A program made the translations under genes and the position numbers. The notes below the pieces were generated by a model. That model was not told the origin of the DNA. It made no database searches and saw nothing but the letters and a program-made list of their open reading frames with translations. From Clostridia bacterium (lineage in GTDB: Bacteria; Bacillota; Peptococcia; DRI-13; UBA5745), in NCBI GenBank assembly GCA_018434325.1, contig JAHDPO010000044.1, positions 53,711 through 117,710 of the forward strand: a DNA stretch of 64,000 nucleotides, given 5' to 3'. Of the stretch, positions 33,383 to 43,013 are shown piece after piece. How positions within the stretch are numbered: the first letter of the stretch is position 1; every line of letters starts with the position of its first letter.

Positions 33383-33451
33383 ATAATTTATCTAAAAAAT
33401 TTTAGGTAAATTATTTTAAGCATATTATAGACTTTCTCACTGATTTGTCAA
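33383..33451 (-). promoter_or_regulatory. acpP-acc promoter and palindromic operator
   Basis: TTGACA-16 bp-TATAAT; 15-bp IR ATAATTTATCTAAAA/TTTTAGGTAAATTAT (1 mismatch) at 33383-33414. Confidence 0.75.
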
Positions 33452-33637
33452 GGGGAAAAAGGAAGAAATTTACGTGCCGCAACCAGGCCTGATTGAAGCA
33501 AATTCCCCATGGCGGCTTGGCTTTTCAGCAGAGTGAAAATTCTCCTGGAAAAGCCAGGGCTCAGAAAAACCTCCGCTGACGAGATTCTTCCGAGCCCTAT
33601 TTTTAAGTCTTCTATTATCCGGTTATCACGCTTATCA

Positions 33638-34828
33638 TTAATTGGATATCAGGTAGTCATAGGCAACTTTGGCATGAACGGCGCTTAAAATAGGCAGAAC
33701 ATCTTCATCCACATTAAACCGACTGTTGTGCAGGGGGACTACGGTGAACTTCTCCGGATTGGCCACCCCCGCCTGGTAAAAGGTGCCGGGTGCATGATCC
33801 AGGAAGAGGCCGAAATCCTCGCTACCCATAACAGGCTGCTCAATGGCAAAGAGCTTATCCTGGCCTAAAAGCTGACCGATGGATTGACGGGCAAACTCTG
33901 TCATGGCCGGATCATTGACTATGCCGGGATAGCTTTCCCGGATATCAATTTCAGCTTTGGCGCCGAAGGCCTGAACAACGCCCTCCGTGATACGGCGGAC
34001 TGCGGCAACGGTTTTTTGGCGCATCTCGGGGCCTAAGGTACGGATAGTGCCGGCAAGCTTGACCTCGTCACAAAGCGCATTGCTCTGGGCGCCGCCATGG
34101 AAGGTGCCTACGGTAATGACCACCGAATCCAGGGGATTCGTCTCCCGGCTGACATAGATCTGTAAAGCATTGACCACCTCGCAGGCAACCACAATAGCAT
34201 CAACGCCTTTGTGAGGCCGGGCGCCGTGGCTGCCAATGCCCTGAATGGTGATATTAAAGGGATTAGCGGCGGCATAATGTTTGCCGGGCCGGGTGCCGAT
34301 ATAGCCGGCGGGGATCTCCGGATTAACGTGGGCGCCAAACATGGCCGTCACTTTGGGGTTTTCCATAGCGCCTTCGTCGATCATCCGCTGGGCGCCGCCA
34401 TCGTTCTCCTCATCAGGCTGGAAGAAGAATTTCACATTTCCCGGCAATTCCTGACGGTGGGCAGCCAGGATCTTTGCCGCACCCAGCAGGGTTGCGGTAT
34501 GACAATCATGGCCACAGGCGTGCATAAGGCCGGGACACTCGGAAGCAAAGGGCAGTCCGGTCTTTTCTTCGATCCGCAGGGCGTCAATATCGGCCCTGAA
34601 GCCCACGGTGGTACCGGGCCGCCCCCCCTCGAGGAGACCTAAGACGCCGGTGTCGGCTATTTTTCTCGTTTGTATACCCAGGCTTTGCAAGTATTCCTCC
34701 ACCAGCTTTTGGGTCACCACCTCCGTCCTGCCGATTTCCGGATGGCGATGGATTCTCCTGCGCAAGTCAATGATTTCGTCCTTGATGGCCAGGGCATCCT
34801 TCATAAAGTCAATTGGCTGCAATAGCAT
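33638..34828 (-). CDS. M20D amidohydrolase
   Basis: RADIDAL, HACGHD, QPDEE, GSEDF. Confidence 0.93.
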   Translation of the reverse strand: MLLQPIDFMKDALAIKDEIIDLRRRIHRHPEIGRTEVVTQKLVEEYLQSLGIQTRKIADTGVLGLLEGGRPGTTVGFRADIDALRIEEKTGLPFASECPGLMHACGHDCHTATLLGAAKILAAHRQELPGNVKFFFQPDEENDGGAQRMIDEGAMENPKVTAMFGAHVNPEIPAGYIGTRPGKHYAAANPFNITIQGIGSHGARPHKGVDAIVVACEVVNALQIYVSRETNPLDSVVITVGTFHGGAQSNALCDEVKLAGTIRTLGPEMRQKTVAAVRRITEGVVQAFGAKAEIDIRESYPGIVNDPAMTEFARQSIGQLLGQDKLFAIEQPVMGSEDFGLFLDHAPGTFYQAGVANPEKFTVVPLHNSRFNVDEDVLPILSAVHAKVAYDYLISN

Positions 34829-34868
34829 TACCACCTTTCGATATATCAATAGCAAAAGGAATCTGCGG

Positions 34869-35348
34869 TCAAACGATAAGCTTCATTAAAAACATGGCGA
34901 TTACAGCATTGATAATGCAAATTAGAAACAGGTGGGGATAATACTTTGATTTAATACCTATAGTAGCCAGCAATCTGCCCATGTACTGAATAGTAGCGCC
35001 TACAAGATATATTCCCGGCAGGAGGATAGCTAATTCCCGGGCTGTCAGAGTCCCGTTTGTCACCAGGCCCATAGCTACGCCGGCGCCGCCGCCCATTGAG
35101 AAAAAGCCGGCAGCCAATGCGGTGGCAGCGATACCCGGCAGGTCAAATATCAGCATAACCGGATTAAATATAATACCGATTGCCTTTGATAAGCCGGTCA
35201 ACTCCAAAATATTGATCAGCACAAAGGCAAAGCATATATTGGGGAGCATTGTGTTTATGCCCGTGGCCCAGCCCTTTCTGCCGCCTTCAACAAAAAGGTC
35301 AAGGATATTCTTTTTGGTTTTTTTAACTTCCGGTTGTGTTACCGCCAT
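34869..35348 (-). CDS. YjiG-like Gate-domain membrane protein
   Basis: DLFVEGGRKGW, SMGGGAG, QYMGR. Confidence 0.8.
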   Translation of the reverse strand: MAVTQPEVKKTKKNILDLFVEGGRKGWATGINTMLPNICFAFVLINILELTGLSKAIGIIFNPVMLIFDLPGIAATALAAGFFSMGGGAGVAMGLVTNGTLTARELAILLPGIYLVGATIQYMGRLLATIGIKSKYYPHLFLICIINAVIAMFLMKLIV

Positions 35349-35349
35349 T

Positions 35350-36036
35350 TTACTTTTCCTCCTTCACAAATTTAGCAGCATATATTCTCATTAAATTTGC
35401 GCCGATAAACTTGGCTAAAAATACAACGCCCAAGAGCTTTCCTAAGGGAATCCCCCCCAGCATCGTCAGCCACATAGCGGCTCCCGCACTAACCATGTTG
35501 CCAATGGGAGCCCCGCAGGAAAACTGGAATGCCGCAAAGGTTAAAAGCTGTCTTTCGTTAAGCTGGCCTCTCTGATACAGGTCATTGGTAAGCACCGCAC
35601 CCGTATCCGTTGATTGCAGGCTGCCTACTAAAGCGACGCCGGCATTGCCCGGCAGACCCAGCAACGGCTTCAGCAATGGTGTCAGCAATTTTCTGGCAGC
35701 ATCAATGCCGCCATAATACACGATATTTTCCATGATGCCCTGGGAGAGAATTACGCCGGGTACAAGAGTCAGTGTAAACATAAATCCGTCTCTGATGCCA
35801 TTGCCGCCGGTACCCCTGAAATTGGCGGCCAGCGATCCGCCGCCCTCGGCAAGCTTGCCAAGCTTACCAAAAGCGCCCAAAAGATTTGTGTAATCGAGAG
35901 CCTTTAACGGCCCGGCCGCGTTTTGGAATATGCCTGAGAAGAAGGCTATAATTACAGCAAGAGCAATATACCCCCCAATCCCAACCTTCACTGTATCCTG
36001 ATTTAATTCTACTGGATTTTTGTCTTTGGATATCAT
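35350..36036 (-). CDS. YjiH-like nucleoside-recognition Gate-domain protein
   Basis: FRGTGGNGIRDGF, LLTPLLKPLLG, SLQSTD. Confidence 0.8.
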   Translation of the reverse strand: MISKDKNPVELNQDTVKVGIGGYIALAVIIAFFSGIFQNAAGPLKALDYTNLLGAFGKLGKLAEGGGSLAANFRGTGGNGIRDGFMFTLTLVPGVILSQGIMENIVYYGGIDAARKLLTPLLKPLLGLPGNAGVALVGSLQSTDTGAVLTNDLYQRGQLNERQLLTFAAFQFSCGAPIGNMVSAGAAMWLTMLGGIPLGKLLGVVFLAKFIGANLMRIYAAKFVKEEK

Positions 36037-36092
36037 TCCGGTAACCCCTTCCGTTTTTCTATTTTGTTCACGTTTTTATTTAACCTGTTTTA

Positions 36093-37064
36093 CTAGCCCT
36101 GCAAGACCTCTTTGTTGACAATCCGGGTTTTAGGGGGTTCTCCTTTGATTACCGCCAGCACGTCCTGAGCCGATAGCAGCGACATTCTGTTGATGCTGTC
36201 TACCGCATTGGCTCCGATATGGGGTGTAGTGATCACCGCCGGCAGCGTAAACAAAGGATTGTCTTTTGCCGGCGGTTCCGGATCATACACGTCCAGGCCG
36301 GCTCCGGCAATCCTGCCCTTTTGTATCGCTTGATAGAGCGCCTGTTCGTCAAGAAGCTGGCCCCGGGCACAGTTGATCAGAAAAGCTGCGGGCTTCATCA
36401 AAGCCAGCCTGCGCCCGTCGATCAGGTGATGAGATTCGGGGGTATAGGGACAGTTGAGGGAGACAAAATCTGCAGCCGGCAGCATTTCATCCACGGTTTC
36501 GGCCTTGACCGCACCCAGCTTAGCCATTTGCTCGCTACTGACATAAGGATCAAATCCCAAAACCTTCATGCCAAACCCATCGAGGCATATTTTGGCCAGC
36601 TTCTGTCCGATCAGGCCCATGCCGATTATGGCAATGGTCTTCCCGTTGATATCCTGGCCCAGGCACTGGTTGCGGGCATAATAATCCTTCTTAATGCGCA
36701 GGGCATTGTCGGCAGGGATTAATTTGCGGCTCAAGGCCAGCATCATCGATACAACCAATTCAGCTACCGACTGAGCATTGGCCCCCGGCGTATTGACCAC
36801 GCAGACGCCGTGCCTGGTGGCGGCATCGACATCAATATGGTCATAGCCGACGCCGTGGCTGGCCACTGCCTTGAGCTTGGGCGCTTTTTCAAAAATCCGC
36901 TTATCAATTTTAGTATTGCGGGAGATAATACCGTCCACATCATTCACTAATTGTAAGACCGCTTCCATACTGGGATCCTTAGCCTGTATAATTTCCGCCT
37001 CTTTTTTCAGGGCTTCTATACCGGCAGGCATGATTTCATCGGTCAACAGCACCTTAATTACCAT
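36093..37064 (-). CDS. D-2-hydroxyacid dehydrogenase (SerA-like)
   Basis: HGVGYD, GMGLIG, NCARG, TPHIG. Confidence 0.92.
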   Translation of the reverse strand: MVIKVLLTDEIMPAGIEALKKEAEIIQAKDPSMEAVLQLVNDVDGIISRNTKIDKRIFEKAPKLKAVASHGVGYDHIDVDAATRHGVCVVNTPGANAQSVAELVVSMMLALSRKLIPADNALRIKKDYYARNQCLGQDINGKTIAIIGMGLIGQKLAKICLDGFGMKVLGFDPYVSSEQMAKLGAVKAETVDEMLPAADFVSLNCPYTPESHHLIDGRRLALMKPAAFLINCARGQLLDEQALYQAIQKGRIAGAGLDVYDPEPPAKDNPLFTLPAVITTPHIGANAVDSINRMSLLSAQDVLAVIKGEPPKTRIVNKEVLQG

Positions 37065-37174
37065 GATTTTATTCTCCTAAAGTGATATTACATAAATGCC
37101 GCAATCAATTAAGCAGGGTATCAAATCAAGCAAAATTCCCGACTACCCCTCCTTTCCTTTTCCTTTATTTCTGA

Positions 37175-38377
37175 TTATTTACCCTTTGCTTCTGCTAAAT
37201 AATCAAAAACAACCTGGACATGGAGCGCGCTTAAAAGCGGCAGAGCATCCTCATCCACCATGAATTGGTCGCTATGCAGGGGATGCACCGCTCCCTTTTC
37301 GGGATTTCGGATACCCATTTGGAAAAAACTGCCGGGAGCTAATTCCAGATAGGAACCAAAGTCTTCGGTGCCCATGGTGGGATTATCCATATGGATCAGG
37401 CTCTTTTCGCCCAGAAGCTTCTTGACAGAATTGCCTACCAGCTCCGTCCTTGCAGCATCGTTGAAGACACCGGAAGAGGATACAATAATATTGATGCTGG
37501 CTTCGCCGCCCATAGCTTTGGCAATGCCGCCGATAATTTCCGGCAGTGTCTCCACCGTTTTTTTGCGGAGGGCGGGATCCAGCGTGCGGATAATACCGGC
37601 CATCTTTACTTCCTGGGCCAGAATATTGCGACCGGTGCCGCCCTGAATGGTTCCGACGGTAACCAGTGCGTTGTCCAGGGGGTCCACTTGCCTGCTGACA
37701 TAGGCCTGAATGCCATTAATTATCTGGGCAGCTATGACGATGGCGTCGATGCCAAGATGGGGTTTAGCCCCGTGACTGCTTTTGCCCTTGACTGTAATTT
37801 CAAACGGGTTAGATGCGGCGTAAGCCTTGCCCGGCATTATACCGACGCTGCCCACGGGCAGCAACGGGTTCATATGGGCGCCGAAGGTGGCATCGACTTT
37901 GGGGTTTTCCATTACCCCTCCCGCAATCATGTGCTTGGCGCCGCCGCCCTGCTCCTCGTCGGGCTGAAAGATCAGCTTGACGTTTCCTTGCAGATACTGG
38001 CGGTATTTGACCAGTATTTTGGCGGCGCCCATCAAAGCTGCCGTATGGCAATCATGGCCGCAGGCATGCATGACATTGGGGTTTTGGGAACGAAAGGGCA
38101 GGTCCGTTGCTTCCATAATCGACAGGGCGTCGATGTCTGCCCGCAGACCTACCGTGGGGCCGGGTTCCTGGCCTTCGATGAGAGCCACAACGCCGGTATC
38201 CTGAATCTTTTTGGCATCCAAGCCCAGACCGATGAGATAGGATTGGATATAATCAGTGGTTTCATATTCTTTTTTGCTCAACTCCGGGTGTTGGTGAAGG
38301 TGTCTGCGAATTTCAATGATTTCATCCTGAATATCCTTGGCGGCTTGCAGAAAATCTAAATGCATAGGCTGATTCAT
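37175..38377 (-). CDS. M20D amidohydrolase (paralog of 33638-34828)
   Basis: RADIDAL, HACGHD, QPDEE, GTEDF. Confidence 0.93.
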   Translation of the reverse strand: MNQPMHLDFLQAAKDIQDEIIEIRRHLHQHPELSKKEYETTDYIQSYLIGLGLDAKKIQDTGVVALIEGQEPGPTVGLRADIDALSIMEATDLPFRSQNPNVMHACGHDCHTAALMGAAKILVKYRQYLQGNVKLIFQPDEEQGGGAKHMIAGGVMENPKVDATFGAHMNPLLPVGSVGIMPGKAYAASNPFEITVKGKSSHGAKPHLGIDAIVIAAQIINGIQAYVSRQVDPLDNALVTVGTIQGGTGRNILAQEVKMAGIIRTLDPALRKKTVETLPEIIGGIAKAMGGEASINIIVSSSGVFNDAARTELVGNSVKKLLGEKSLIHMDNPTMGTEDFGSYLELAPGSFFQMGIRNPEKGAVHPLHSDQFMVDEDALPLLSALHVQVVFDYLAEAKGK

Positions 38378-38406
38378 CCTTTCCCTGTGTTTTGCACCCC
38401 TACTAC

Positions 38407-38422
38407 TGCAAATACTGTGCCA
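38407..38422 (-). promoter_or_regulatory. sigma54 -24/-12 promoter
   Basis: TGGCACAGTATTTGCA, consensus spacing, ~30 bp upstream of start. Confidence 0.9.
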
Positions 38423-38600
38423 AAATTAAAAACGATAAAAAACCCGCTAAATAAGCGGCCTTTTTTATCGTTTTTTCGTCAAATTATATGAAATACTTGC
38501 AATCACTCTTATTAACAACTATAATTCTTATACCCGTCTTACATCTCACATATGTTCGATATAAGTACGATATAAGTTCAAGGCAAGGAGGAAGACGAAA

Positions 38601-40727
38601 TTGGCTTCATTGGCAATTGTCACCGTCCGGGAAGAATTAACCCAAAGCGAGTGTGAGCTTGCGCGGTACCTTTTTGGACCGACCATTACGGTTAACGGCT
38701 ATACGGTCGCCAGAGATAATACGGAGACGCTGGATCTGCCGGAAGATCTGGTGCTGGTTGTGGGCCCCATTGCCCTGGCCCGCCACTTTGCTTCCTGCCT
38801 GCCCGCCGGCAAAGACTATGTGATCAAGCGCCGTATTTTGGATCCGGGAAACCTGCATCTTATCTTTCAGATCCCGGAAAACTCCGATGTGCTTTTGGTC
38901 AACGATACCTATGGCAACGCCTGTGAGCTGACTCATTTATTAACCGACTTGAATCTCCATCCTTTGCGTTATTTTGCCTATAATTCGCAATACTCCTGGG
39001 CGGAGGATATTTTGCACCCGGGCAGCGCCGACTCCAGCAAGCTTCTTTCTTCCTTCACCTATGCGATCACCTCCGGGCAAAGAGCGCTGGTACCCGAGAA
39101 CATATCGCAGGTCATCGATATCGGCATGAGAAAAATCAGCATGATGACTGTGGTGGATGTGCTGCGCCGCCTGGTGAAAAATGATTCTTTGGACGAGCAG
39201 GTAACCATGCGCTATATGAAAAATATCGTGGATCTAAATGTCAGCATGGCTCAAAAGAATCAGCAGAATCTTTTCCTCCAGGAACAGCTGACTTCGGTTA
39301 TCGCCAATATGAAAAATGGTATTTTGGTTGTTAATGAGCATAACGACATTATCATGTGCAATGAAGCGGCTAAGGAAATTATCGGCAGCGAACACCTGGA
39401 AGGCGCAAATCTTTGCAGTGTTTCTCCCGGTCAATCCCTTGAAAATTTTATGGACAGGGAGTTTCTTCAACTGCAGAACAGAACGGTGCATATAAATGTG
39501 GTAAAAATAAGCAACCCTCTCGATAAAGCGGTTCGCTATTTGATCCATCTGGATCCTTTGGAGCAAATACGGGATATCGATAATCGCTACCGGAAACAGG
39601 CGGGAAAAGAGCATAGAGCCAAATACCAATTCCAGGACATTGTGCATTACTGCAATGCCATGAAGGAAACCATTGACCGGGCTAAAGTCTTCGCCCGGTC
39701 CGATTCTTCCGTCATGATCACTGGCGAGAGCGGCACCGGCAAGGAATTGCTGGCTCAAGCCATCCACAATGGCTCCCGGAGACAGAATGCTCCCTTCGTG
39801 GCCATCAACTGCGGCGCCTTGACCGAAAGCTTGCTGGAAAGCGAATTATTTGGTTATGAGGACGGCGCCTTCACCGGGGCAAAAAAGGGAGGAAAGTGCG
39901 GTTTATTTGAAATCGCTCACGGCGGCACTATTTTCTTAGATGAAATCGGCGATATGTCCCCCAATATACAGGTAAAGCTTTTACGGGCTTTGCAGGAACG
40001 GGTAATCTTGCGGTTGGGCGGCTACCGCCTCATCCCGGTGGATACCCGCATAATTGCCGCCACCAACAAAAATTTACAGGAATTGCAGCAAAAGGGTCTA
40101 TTTCGGAAGGACCTGTATTACCGGCTCAATGTATTGCCACTGACGCTGCCTCCTCTGCGGCAGCGCCCGGAAGATATTATCCCCCTCTTCCGCCATCTTT
40201 TGAGTATCACGGCCCAAAAAGAACAGATCACGCCAAAGGAAATCAGCCCCGGAATTATTGCCTTGCTTAAGCAGCATACCTGGCCGGGCAATGTCCGGGA
40301 AATACAAAATATAGTAAATTTCTATCTGTACATGAGCGTATTATCCGACGATATCGAAAAGGATTTATCCTCTTTGCTGGAAACGGAACGCACGGAACAT
40401 GTGTCTGAAACCAGAAAGCCGCCAAATACTCATTCTCCCGGAAAGCTGTCCCGTCAAAACTGTCCCGTGCATTTTCCCAGCAATGCCGCCAGGGAAGAAT
40501 CCTATGCCATCATGAGGATACTGCAAAAGGCCGGTGAACAAAAACTGCTTTTTGTAGGGCGCGGCGATTTGCAGCGGCAGCTGCATGATGATTTTGGGAT
40601 GACTCTGTCATTCATCCAAATAAAACGCAGGCTGGATCAATTACGGTCCTTCGGCCTGATCAGCGCCCAAAAAGGCAAAGGCCATCATTTATTGCCTGCC
40701 GGCAACGATTATCTGAAGCAGGATTGA
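38601..40727 (+). CDS. sigma54-dependent transcriptional activator
   Basis: GESGTGKE, ESELFG, GAFTGA, WPGNVRE; PAS-like region; TTG start after GGAGG. Confidence 0.94.
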   Translation: MASLAIVTVREELTQSECELARYLFGPTITVNGYTVARDNTETLDLPEDLVLVVGPIALARHFASCLPAGKDYVIKRRILDPGNLHLIFQIPENSDVLLVNDTYGNACELTHLLTDLNLHPLRYFAYNSQYSWAEDILHPGSADSSKLLSSFTYAITSGQRALVPENISQVIDIGMRKISMMTVVDVLRRLVKNDSLDEQVTMRYMKNIVDLNVSMAQKNQQNLFLQEQLTSVIANMKNGILVVNEHNDIIMCNEAAKEIIGSEHLEGANLCSVSPGQSLENFMDREFLQLQNRTVHINVVKISNPLDKAVRYLIHLDPLEQIRDIDNRYRKQAGKEHRAKYQFQDIVHYCNAMKETIDRAKVFARSDSSVMITGESGTGKELLAQAIHNGSRRQNAPFVAINCGALTESLLESELFGYEDGAFTGAKKGGKCGLFEIAHGGTIFLDEIGDMSPNIQVKLLRALQERVILRLGGYRLIPVDTRIIAATNKNLQELQQKGLFRKDLYYRLNVLPLTLPPLRQRPEDIIPLFRHLLSITAQKEQITPKEISPGIIALLKQHTWPGNVREIQNIVNFYLYMSVLSDDIEKDLSSLLETERTEHVSETRKPPNTHSPGKLSRQNCPVHFPSNAAREESYAIMRILQKAGEQKLLFVGRGDLQRQLHDDFGMTLSFIQIKRRLDQLRSFGLISAQKGKGHHLLPAGNDYLKQD

Positions 40728-40790
40728 TCCGCTTGCGGATATAATACCGCAATGGTAAAATACACCTATCACAAGGCTGGAGGCTCGCTT

Positions 40791-41699
40791 ATGAAAATCG
40801 GAATATTTGGCATCGGCGGCGTTGGCGGCATAGTCGGCGGCGCTCTGGCAAGAAACCATGCGGAAACCTATTTCTATGTCCGGGGTGAAAACCTTAAAGC
40901 CATCCGGCAAAAGGGACTGAAAGTAGAATCCGCCTCGCTGGGTGATTTCGTGGCCCATCCCAAGCTGGCTTCAGACAATGCGGCAGAGCTGGGAATCATG
41001 GACGTGATTATCCTGTCCTGCAAAGGCTACAACCTCAAAGAGGCCTGTGCTGCCATCGGCCCCATGACAGGGCCCGGCACAATAGTCATCTCCTTGCTTA
41101 ACGGCGTTATCGTCTCCGACATCATGGAGCCCCTGCTGCCCCCCTGCATCCTCGCCGACGGCGCCATCCGGGTATTCAGCTGGCTGACAGAGCCCGGCCA
41201 TATCCTGCAGAGAGGCTTATGCAGCATTACCTTCGGCATGAAAGACGGCAGCAGGCCGCCTCAGTTTGAAGAAATAGCCGCCCTCCTCAACCGGGCCGGC
41301 ATACCGACCACGCTGTCCGCCGATATTTTGACGGACAGCTGGATTAAGTACGTCCTGATGGGCAGCAGCAGCACATTGTATTGTTACTATGACGGCCCGG
41401 CGGGCAAAGTCAAGGAGGACCCAAACCACGAAGCGGTGCTGCGGGCCATCGTCGGCGAAATGACCGCGGCAGCCGCGGCCAAAGGCATCGCTCTTCCTGA
41501 AGATTTAGCGGACTTTTGCGTGGAGCAGTTTGCCAAGGTGCCGCCGGATACCATGACCTCTCTTTACCGGGATCTTAGCGGCGGCAAAGCGGCAAAAGAT
41601 ACCGAGCTGGATCACATCATCGGCCGGATGGTTGAATTTGGTGAGCAAACCGGCGTAGCCACTCCCTATCACAAGGCCGCCTATACTCGCTTTGCCTGA
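40791..41699 (+). CDS. ketopantoate reductase-family protein
   Basis: GIGGVGG, LLNG, SLYRDL..TELD. Confidence 0.9.
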   Translation: MKIGIFGIGGVGGIVGGALARNHAETYFYVRGENLKAIRQKGLKVESASLGDFVAHPKLASDNAAELGIMDVIILSCKGYNLKEACAAIGPMTGPGTIVISLLNGVIVSDIMEPLLPPCILADGAIRVFSWLTEPGHILQRGLCSITFGMKDGSRPPQFEEIAALLNRAGIPTTLSADILTDSWIKYVLMGSSSTLYCYYDGPAGKVKEDPNHEAVLRAIVGEMTAAAAAKGIALPEDLADFCVEQFAKVPPDTMTSLYRDLSGGKAAKDTELDHIIGRMVEFGEQTGVATPYHKAAYTRFA

Positions 41700-41932
41700 A
41701 GCGCCGGCTTCAGTCCGCCTGCGTAAAAAAATAGAGGATGTCTCTTCATGAATCGATCATGTTGAGGCATCCTCTTTCTCATTGTATTGTTTCCCCATTA
41801 CCCCGCCAACAACCCGTTTGTACCCGACATCTGAATATCCGTATTTCCGCGCAAACTGCGTAAGCCTGTTTTCGCATATAGCTGCTTGCTCTGTACAGTT
41901 GTCGCATATAAAAAATGATGTGTCTGTAGCCC

Positions 41933-42078
41933 AATGTCATGATTCGGGTGTCAAAAGTCATGTTTTATAAATTTTGATGAACAAGCATACTATACATAGT
42001 GTCTGGCATTTTTATAAACCATCATATATAGTATGCTTGCTGTTGCTTCGTACCTTTTGACACCCGAATCATGTCATT
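41933..42078. mobile_element. MITE family A, copy 1 (146 bp)
   Basis: 25-bp TIR AATGWCATGATTCGGGTGTCAAAAG; inner IR AAGCATACTATA/TATAGTATGCTT. Confidence 0.85.
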
Positions 42079-42160
42079 TAGATAAGGGTCAAATGAAAAA
42101 GCGAAAGTGGCAGGGTAGTTACCGTCTGTGGCTGGGAGCAGTGATCCTTAGGCGATTCTG

Positions 42161-42297
42161 TCCTACGGACACAATCCTACGGATACAATACTGCAGATTC
42201 AATCTGCTATCCGCAGATCCTGGGGCGCAGATGTTCCGCTATCCTGAGATATTTAGCACGCGAATGCTCTGCTATCCTGAGATAATTGGGGCACAGC
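42161..42297. repeat. degenerate tandem repeats (3 x 14 bp, then 3 x ~33 bp)
   Basis: TCCTACGGAYACAA units; CYGCTATCC at 42204, 42236, 42269. Confidence 0.65.
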
Positions 42298-42520
42298 TGT
42301 ACAATTTTTGCGTTTGTATGCGTTTCCCGGGTTTGGCCTGTACAATTTTTTCGTTTGTAGGTGAATTGCAGCAGCTGCCGAGCCTATTTTAGCCAAATCG
42401 AGGCCTATTTTGCGCAATTTTCTTCGGTTGTGGCCGAATACTTGCCCTGCATTTTACATACAAACGCAATTTTTGTACACCCAGCCCCTGCCAATTGACC
42501 ACAACCGCAATTTTTGTACA
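42298..42520. repeat. dispersed repeat family C, copy 2
   Basis: Boxes at 42298, 42339, 42411 and reverse at 42460, 42501; TGTACAA...TTGTACA ends. Confidence 0.8.
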
Positions 42521-42630
42521 AGCTACCCCGCCAAGGGTCCTAACAGCAGTAGCGGGAGTCATCGCTGCATTGTTCTATTGACGCAGTATCGGCTAATGCT
42601 CCATGAATTCGCCAACTTTTTGCTTATCTT

Positions 42631-42776
42631 AATGACATGATTCGGGTGTCAAAAGTCACGTTTTATAAATTTGGATGAATAAGCATACTATACATAGTGG
42701 ATGGGCTTTGTATAAACCATCATATATAGTATGCTTGCTGTTGCTTCGTACCTTTTGACACCCGAATCATGACATT
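42631..42776. mobile_element. MITE family A, copy 2 (146 bp, direct orientation)
   Basis: 136/146 identical to copy 1 by manual alignment. Confidence 0.85.
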
Positions 42777-43013
42777 GGTCTGTAGTCTTATTACAAACCT
42801 TCTTTTTTTCGTTATTAAAGAAGAGTCCGGGAATTTTCGTATCGAGAAAAGGGCGATTTAGGACAATTTCAAACCCAACTCTGATTTAGAAAGCTATTAT
42901 AAGTTATCCCTATGTAAAAGCCCAATCTCTGCATGGGCGGATCAAATAATCCATAGGTATATTTTTTAGAGCAAATCCGGTGCGTATGCATCCTATTCGG
43001 AGGTAAGTAGAAA

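Larger units (their letters stand above)
41932..42777. mobile_element. non-autonomous composite element: two MITEs plus ~550 bp non-coding cargo
   Basis: Outer ends form a perfect IR; flanked by GTCTGTAGCC (41922-41931) and GTCTGTAGTC (42778-42787). Confidence 0.75.

Noticed and set aside
37391-38359. Long antisense ORFs (also 43544-44827, 45050-46033)
   Set aside because: Shadow frames of real genes in GC3-rich DNA
41779-42640. Short ORFs in the repeat region as transposase remnants
   Set aside because: No DDE/HUH motifs or RBS; they cross repeat boundaries
42780-43010. c-di-GMP riboswitch upstream of the adhesin locus
   Set aside because: Neither class I nor class II consensus visible
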